Shown here in pieces: positions 1 to 4,933 of a stretch of 6,335 bases of DNA. Both the position numbers and the translations under genes were made by a program. Each line of letters begins with the position of its first letter. The first letter of the stretch is position 1. The notes beneath the pieces were generated by a model. The model made no database searches. It was not told the DNA's origin and worked only from the letters and a program-made list of their open reading frames with translations. Source of the DNA: Vitrella brassicaformis CCMP3155. Its lineage: Eukaryota > Protista > Chromerida. The stretch is taken from NCBI GenBank assembly GCA_001179505.1, contig CDMY01001009.1, positions 1-6,335 of the forward strand. Reading direction: 5' to 3'.

Positions 1-635
1 CCTGCTGCTGCTCGCCCTGCTGCTGCTGGGCCTGCTGCTGGACCACCACCTCAGCGATCTCCGGCGCCTCATTGTCGACCTCAGGCCGCTCGTCGTCCTC
101 TGCAATCCATCAGTGGGCGTACACACAGAACAGACATCCGTTGACTTGACATGTGTGTGTCTTCATGCCCATGCGGTGAATACGTACCTGCCTCCAGCTC
201 GGCTCTGTCCTCATCAGGTCGCTGCTGCTCGTCTGAATCACCCAAGGCAACAATGGCAAGGCCTTTATCGTTACCCTCTCAGACATCAACGCACTCTTAC
301 CGTCGCCGTGGTAACCCAGGAACCATTCCGGGTGACTGTGCACGGGGTGGGCGTGTTGCGGGAGCTCTGCAATCCAGAAGTCTGCATCAATCGGTACACA
401 CAGCCCAACACACAAGGGTGTGTGTGTGCACAGTGATGCGTCGCCCTCACACACATACCCTCGTGGTCATCCGAGGCCTCCTCATCGATGCCCTCCCGCT
501 CGGTCCGCTCCACGGCTGCAGCACCACATACACAGTGAGCACGTCCATCTCTCAGGGTTTAGGCCACACTGATCGATTCCTCCTACCAGCGCGTTGCTCG
601 GCCTCTTTGACGAAACGGCACGCAACACATGCCAT
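1..635 (-). CDS. Left copy of unknown acidic/Gln-rich 'gene X' (3' exons only; runs off the left edge)
   Basis: Exons 587-604 (or 587-635 from an in-frame ATG at 635), 459-515, 301-381, 188-232 and 1-99 are separated by GT-AG introns 516-586, 382-458, 233-300 and 100-187 with matching phases. Spliced: (MACVACRFVK)EAEQRAAVERTEREGIDEEASDDHEDFWIAELPQHAHPVHSHPEWFLGYHGDDEQQRPDEDRAELEAEDDERPEVDNEAPEIAEVVVQQQAQQQQGEQQQ. Exons align to the right copy with mostly synonymous changes. The 5' end is uncertain and I recognise no family. Confidence 0.65.
175..586 (-). repeat. Left arm of a long imperfect inverted repeat (partner 5931-6335)
   Basis: The reverse complement of 175-586 aligns to 5931-6335 over three exons and three complete introns. 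Position 175 pairs with 6335, so the repeat probably extends beyond the window. Confidence 0.97.
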
Positions 636-692
636 CCCGTGGAGCCACCTCATTTCTCTCTCTGTGTGTGTATTCCTCACCTCGGAGGATGG

Positions 693-2557
693 TCATTGCG
701 TGTGCGTTGGGGTCTTGACGGCCAGCTCCACAGCATGATCCTTGGCAGCAGACTCAACAACCGTACCCACAAACCTGCGCATTACACCACACCACATCAC
801 ATCACGTCACCAACGTCGACCACTGACACATTCCCCCCTCTCTCCGTGTGGGTACCTGAAGCTGCACCCAGCGCCGCATTTGAGTAGCTTGTCGTATCCC
901 TCGACGGCCTTGTCGACGATGACCTGCAGGCTCTTGAGGCACGAGCCGTCGTTGAGTTCGACGAGGCAGAAGGCGCCGCCGCCCTGCTTGCGGATGGTGC
1001 GGCTCCACCCACACACCGTGATGAGCTTCCCAACCCAGGACGCACCCATGTCCTCAGACGCAACCAGCACACTCACGCGCACTCGGCCACCGAAGCTGCA
1101 GCCGCCATAGATGCATCCGATGCATTCACACAGCACAGCACCCGACGCAATCGACTCACTGCACCCCGTCGCCTTGCCCTTGCGTCTGTCTGTATTCACC
1201 TGAACGTGGCTTGTGGAACCTTGTTGTTCGTGTCCTGTATGGTCGATCCAGTGCCGTTGGTCAGGAGGGTGCCGTTGGCCATCCCGATCCCGCCTCCGCC
1301 ACTAGCAGCAGCAGCGGCAGCAGCAGCGGCAGCAGCAGGAGCACCAGTGACGGAAGCCGCTGCTGCTGCTGCCGATGGCTTGGCCGACGGCTGGCTTGTT
1401 TGCGCAGGGGTCGCTGCAACAGCGGCGGCAGGTGCGGCAGGTGCTGGCTCGTCATCGAACTGACACATGGTAAGACAATCTGCTGGTGAGAGGGGCAGAG
1501 TGTGGCGTTGATTCGATTCCCTACCTGTGGTGCCCAGTGCAATATGGTGTTGAACCAGCGGAACACACAGGGGTAGTCCTTCCGCCGCTCGGCCTCAAGG
1601 TACTGACAACAAACAAGAGAAAGAAAGAGAGAGAGAGGTGAGAAGCCATTCATCCATCCATTCATCCATCCATCCAATGGTGGTCCAGTCTTTGCGTCAG
1701 TCGAGTCAGGTACCTACCTTGAAGAGCTCGTATGCGGAGAAGGACAGCGAGATGTCCGCTATGGTGAGGGTGTAGCCCACAAGAAACGTCCGCGGGCGCA
1801 TGTGCTCGTTCAAATTCTCTAAATGAGTCACAGCAGCACACCCCATTGCACAAACCAAATGCTCTCACCCATGGGTGGTCGGCCGCTCACCCAGCAGTTT
1901 CTTGACCTCGTCTGAGGCCGCCAGGCGCCTCAGGACGGCCTGCCCTCGCGCACTCTCGCTCTGTGACGGCTGCTTCTTGGCCTGCTCGACGTAGTAGGTG
2001 CGGAGGAGGTAGTCGACGTGCTTGTCGGTCCAGTCCAGCCACTGGTCCACCTCAGCCTGCAACACCCACCACCATGGACAGCTTCTCGTGTGTGTGTGTG
2101 TGTGGTTACCGTGTTAGCGAAGGTCTCGCCATAGAGCAGCTTGCTGGGCATCACACTAGCAACTGACAGCAAGCAGCTCATGGCAATCCCGAATGCAGAC
2201 AACAGCGATGTCGTCATCCCACCGCCCACCCACTCACCGTATCTGAGGATGCTGTTGACGTACGACAGCTCGTAACCATCAGGCAGCTTCAGCTTCGGGA
2301 TCTGTGTCACGATAGACGAAGCAACCCTCCTCAGCTACACTGGTCGTGTCACAACAACACACATGACCGTACCTCGAAGCCGCCGGTGGACTGAGTCAGT
2401 GACGAGGCGGCCGGCCCCGCCGGTGGCTCCACCTCCACTGCGAGACCGACATAACGCGCCGCTGACAGGATCTTGCGGGCGGCCAGACTGCCCGCACTGG
2501 CTCGAAGCTTCTGAAGCAAGCAACCATACATAGGAGGAGGGGGTGACCTACTGACAT
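693..2557 (-). CDS. asnS: Truncated asparaginyl-tRNA synthetase: GST-like domain + Ala-rich linker + anticodon-binding OB fold, no catalytic domain (possible pseudogene); 395 aa as assembled
   Basis: Ten phase-consistent exons: 2552-2557, 2373-2510, 2238-2301, 2110-2162, 1891-2056, 1718-1818, 1525-1602, 1200-1459, 856-1095 and 693-774; all introns are GT-AG. The C-terminal part GRVRV...ITVCGWSRTIRKQGGGAFCLVELNDGSCLKSLQVIVDK...KCGAGCSFRFVGTVVES...AVELAVK matches the AsnRS N-terminal OB fold as I recall it (GWxRTxR, LNDGS, GCS motifs). An in-frame TGA lies at 693-695. The 6-nt first coding exon (ATG TCA) and 41-nt first intron are the least certain parts. Confidence 0.85.
856..1095 (-). other. 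Exon encoding most of the AsnRS anticodon-binding OB fold
   Basis: 240-nt exon flanked by CAG and GTACC; reads FGGRVRVSVLVASEDMGASWVGKLITVCGWSRTIRKQGGGAFCLVELNDGSCLKSLQVIVDKAVEGYDKLLKCGAGCSF. Confidence 0.9.
1304..1372 (-). repeat. GCT/GCC trinucleotide runs encoding the poly-Ala linker
   Basis: The + strand shows (gca/gcg) and (gct) runs; the - strand exon 1200-1459 reads AAAAAASVTGAPAAAAAAAAAAASGGGG. Confidence 0.9.
1525..2510 (-). other. GST-like domain of the EF1Bgamma / aminoacyl-tRNA synthetase-associated type
   Basis: Spliced motifs IPKLKLPDGYELSYVNSILRYVA, LYGETFANTAEVDQWLDW, LENLNEHMRPRTFLVGYTLTIADI and YPCVFRWFNTILHWAPQF follow the GST_N/GST_C pattern of eEF1Bgamma-like domains. 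Recognised from motif knowledge only. Confidence 0.85.
1648..1675. repeat. Intronic (CATC)n/(TGGA)n tetranucleotide microsatellite
   Basis: attcatccatccattcatccatccatcc inside intron 1603-1717, next to a GA-rich run at about 1615-1637. Confidence 0.85.
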
Positions 2558-2987
2558 GGATGTCTGGGAATGCTTGGGTCCCCGGTGTCTGCTGCTTACA
2601 CCCACCATTCTCGCGTGTGCTCTAAGCAGTCAAACTCTCCTACTCATGGACAGCCTTCGGTTTCGTCCAGAATTCGCGTTTCCGTTCCCTCCTCGTGCGA
2701 GCTAAGCTTGCAGCTCATTCTCAGCTCGCACGGGGCCATCGACCGCTTACCAGCGGTTATCGTCAAGGTTCACGTTCCCGACCTCTTCCAAGTCTCGTGG
2801 CATCTTTCCCCTTCATTTCCCCTTTTTGATTCGTTCCCTCATCAGTCAGCATTCCAGCATCCCTTCCCTCCCCCACCCAGCCCCACTTCATCAGCCGAGC
2901 ACCTGCACCCCCCCTCCCCCCGCCCCCCCTTCTCTCAGCAGCACCACCCAGTGCAATTGCTGTAGTTCATCTATCCCACCGTCGACA
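2558..2987. promoter_or_regulatory. Divergent (head-to-head) intergenic region, probable bidirectional promoter plus both 5' UTRs
   Basis: 430 bp between the - strand ATG at 2557 and the + strand ATG at 2988; pyrimidine/C-rich on the + strand. Promoter function is inferred from position; no specific element was identified. Confidence 0.55.
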
Positions 2988-4844
2988 ATGGTTCGCTACG
3001 GTCAGTATGACATGCCTCCGGTGGATCAGGAGGTGAACTTCAAGGTCGGCCAGCCGTCACCCGACACTCTGCTGCCGCTCGACCTCGTGCGGCAGGCCGC
3101 CAACGCCAAGTTCGCAGAAACCGACCACAAATTTCTTCAGTACGGCGACATCCAAGGCTACCTGGAGTTCAGGAAGTCACTCGCGGGATTCCTTACCGAG
3201 GTGCGTCTTTGCTTTGTGTGTCTGAGGGGCTGATATATTATATGGAGGGCACTGTGTGTCGTGTCGTGTGGTTTGCTTGTGTGTGTGTTTCGTGTGTTCA
3301 GCAATACGGTGCGCCAGTGAGCCCGGATGAGTTGATGGTCACTAATGGCATAACCGGAGGGCTGGCGCTCTTTATCACGTAAGATGAAGACAGGCAGGGC
3401 TACGGGCACTGCACTCAGCCGCATCGTGTGTTGTCTGTCTGCTTTCGATTGCATTCAGCATCTTCTGTCGGTCTGGCGATTTGGTGTTTGCCGAGGAGCC
3501 GTCCTACTTCCTGGCGCTCCGCATCTTTGAGGACTTCAAACTTAACGTCGTGCAGATTCCCATGGACGAGGTAACTAACTAGTGGGTGCCACAGACACAC
3601 ACACAGGGGGAGAGAGGTATGTGAATGGCCGGCCCACTCAGATATCTGTGTGTGCGTGTGTGTGTCAGGACGGCATCATTCCCGAGGAGTTGGAGAAGCA
3701 GCTGCAGAAGCAGGTGCCCAAGTTCCTATACACCATCCCCATCGGCCACAACCCTACCGGCAGGACACTCGCCGAAGACCGACGCAAGAAAATCGTCGAG
3801 CTCGCCTACAAATACAGCTTCGTCATGTGCGCAGACGAGGTCTACCACCTGCTCGGATTCTCAGGTACACACACATAGCCAATCAATGACTACGGAAACA
3901 TGGATTCCTCCGTTCACTTGGTGAGCGCAGGTGTGCCGATTCCGTTGCCGATGCCGTACTACGACCAGAAGAAGGAGCGTGTGGTGTCATTGAGGTCGTT
4001 TTCGAAGATCCTGGCGCCCGCCCTGCGGCTGGGGTGGATGCAGGGGCCCATGAAGATACTCAAACCCATCATCGACTGCGGACAGCTTGACTCCAGCGGG
4101 GTCAGTGAGTGGCCGACAAACACAAACACATGTGTGTGTCTTGACTGCCCATCCACCATCTGTGTGTGCCGTGTGTGCGTCAGGGCATCAATCCGGTGAT
4201 CAGCGGCATCGTGCACCAGGCGATCGACCTGGGTCTGCAGAAGAAGCACCTGGCCTATGTGCAGGAAGAGCTGCACAGGAGGTGTAACACACTCATGGTG
4301 TGTAAGGACGCACACACCGACGGCTGACATGACCACCGCCGCATTGACTGTGTTGTGTTGTGTTGTGTTGTGTGTGTAGTCTGCATTGGACAAGTACATG
4401 CCAGCTGGCGTGACGCACGAGGTGCCCAAGGGCGGATACTTCGTCCTTGTCAAACTGCCTGAGGTATTTCTTGTATTGGATTCGCACACACGCTGAGAAG
4501 AGGGCGAACTCACCATCGCATGGGTGCGTGCATGTCTTGCCCTGCTGTGGTGCTGCCTGTGTGCAGGGTATGGTATGCTGTCGACGGACCTGCTGGATGT
4601 TGCCGTCAAGAACAAGGCGCGATTCCTCCCGGGCACCTCGTTCGGACAGGTATGCACACACACACACACCCTGCCACTTTGTATTTGTGTGTGTCATTTG
4701 TGTGTGGCGTGTCATGTGTGGGTGCAGGGCTTCGGTTCGTATCTGCGGTTGAGTTTCTCCTACTACAGCGCCGAGGACATCGAGGTGGGCGTCAAGCGGC
4801 TGGCGGAGGCCATCACACAGCTGCAAATTTCACCACCAGTGTGA
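2988..4844 (+). CDS. PLP-dependent aminotransferase, class I/II (2-aminoadipate/aromatic aminotransferase-like), about 386 aa after repair; frameshifted as assembled
   Basis: Exons 2988-3200, 3302-3378, 3459-3570, 3669-3864, 3931-4100, 4184-4297, 4380-4463, 4567-4649 and 4728-4844. Motifs: LQYGDIQGY, VTNGITGGL, EEPSYFLA, HNPTG, ADEVY, SFSKILAPALRLGW (PLP Lys at 4005-4007), PKGGYF, FLPG and YLRLSF. All phases agree except exon 4567-4649, which carries a duplicated GGTAT. Substrate specificity cannot be determined from the sequence. Confidence 0.92.
4350..4369 (+). repeat. (GTGTT)4 pentanucleotide microsatellite upstream of a splice acceptor
   Basis: gtgttgtgttgtgttgtgtt directly before gtgtgtgtag in intron 4298-4379. 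Confidence 0.85.
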
Positions 4845-4929
4845 GTCTCTTTGTCTGACATACCCACGCACAACAGAACTCGGGCCGCAGTTCATCCCCT
4901 CAGCCGATGGAATGTGTGTGTTCGTTCAG
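4841..4929 (+). other. Candidate 89-nt intron linking the aminotransferase last exon to gene X
   Basis: GTGAGT donor overlaps the stop codon; CA-rich 5' part; tgtgtgtgttcgttcag acceptor; length matches local introns; the junction GT|C GAC ATG is in frame. Confidence 0.65.
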
Positions 4930-4933
4930 CGAC

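Noticed and set aside
700-720. Programmed -1 ribosomal frameshift to explain the AsnRS indel
   Set aside because: AAG ACC CCA ACG has no X XXY YYZ slippery heptamer in the right frame, and only about 20 nt of exon follow before the intron.
742-1489. Overlapping + strand ORFs (742-1110, 1206-1463, 1211-1489) and alternative-frame - strand ORFs
   Set aside because: They are antisense or off-frame shadows of GC-rich AsnRS exons and the poly-Ala repeat. They cross intron boundaries and show no recognisable motifs.
2510-2557. Standalone eEF1Bgamma gene
   Set aside because: The GST-like domain splices in frame into an AsnRS OB fold, and no EF1Bgamma C-terminal domain is present in the window.
2700-2717. 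Small imperfect palindrome gagct-aagctt-gc-agctc in the divergent region
   Set aside because: A 5-bp stem is expected by chance, and nothing else supports a regulatory role.
2826-2987. 54-codon Ser/Pro-rich open extension upstream of the aminotransferase ATG (possible transit peptide)
   Set aside because: It starts at TTG, has no upstream in-frame ATG or convincing donor, and C-rich DNA is naturally poor in stop codons.
4503-4566. Upstream acceptor at 4501-4502 that would bypass the 5-bp frameshift in frame
   Set aside because: It lacks the TG-rich acceptor context, leaves a 39-nt intron, and inserts about 23 intron-like residues (WVRACLALLWCCLCAG) into the enzyme fold.
3959-4669. 236-aa - strand ORF
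   Set aside because: It is antisense to aminotransferase exons and introns and full of His/Thr/Val/Cys from CA/TG repeats.
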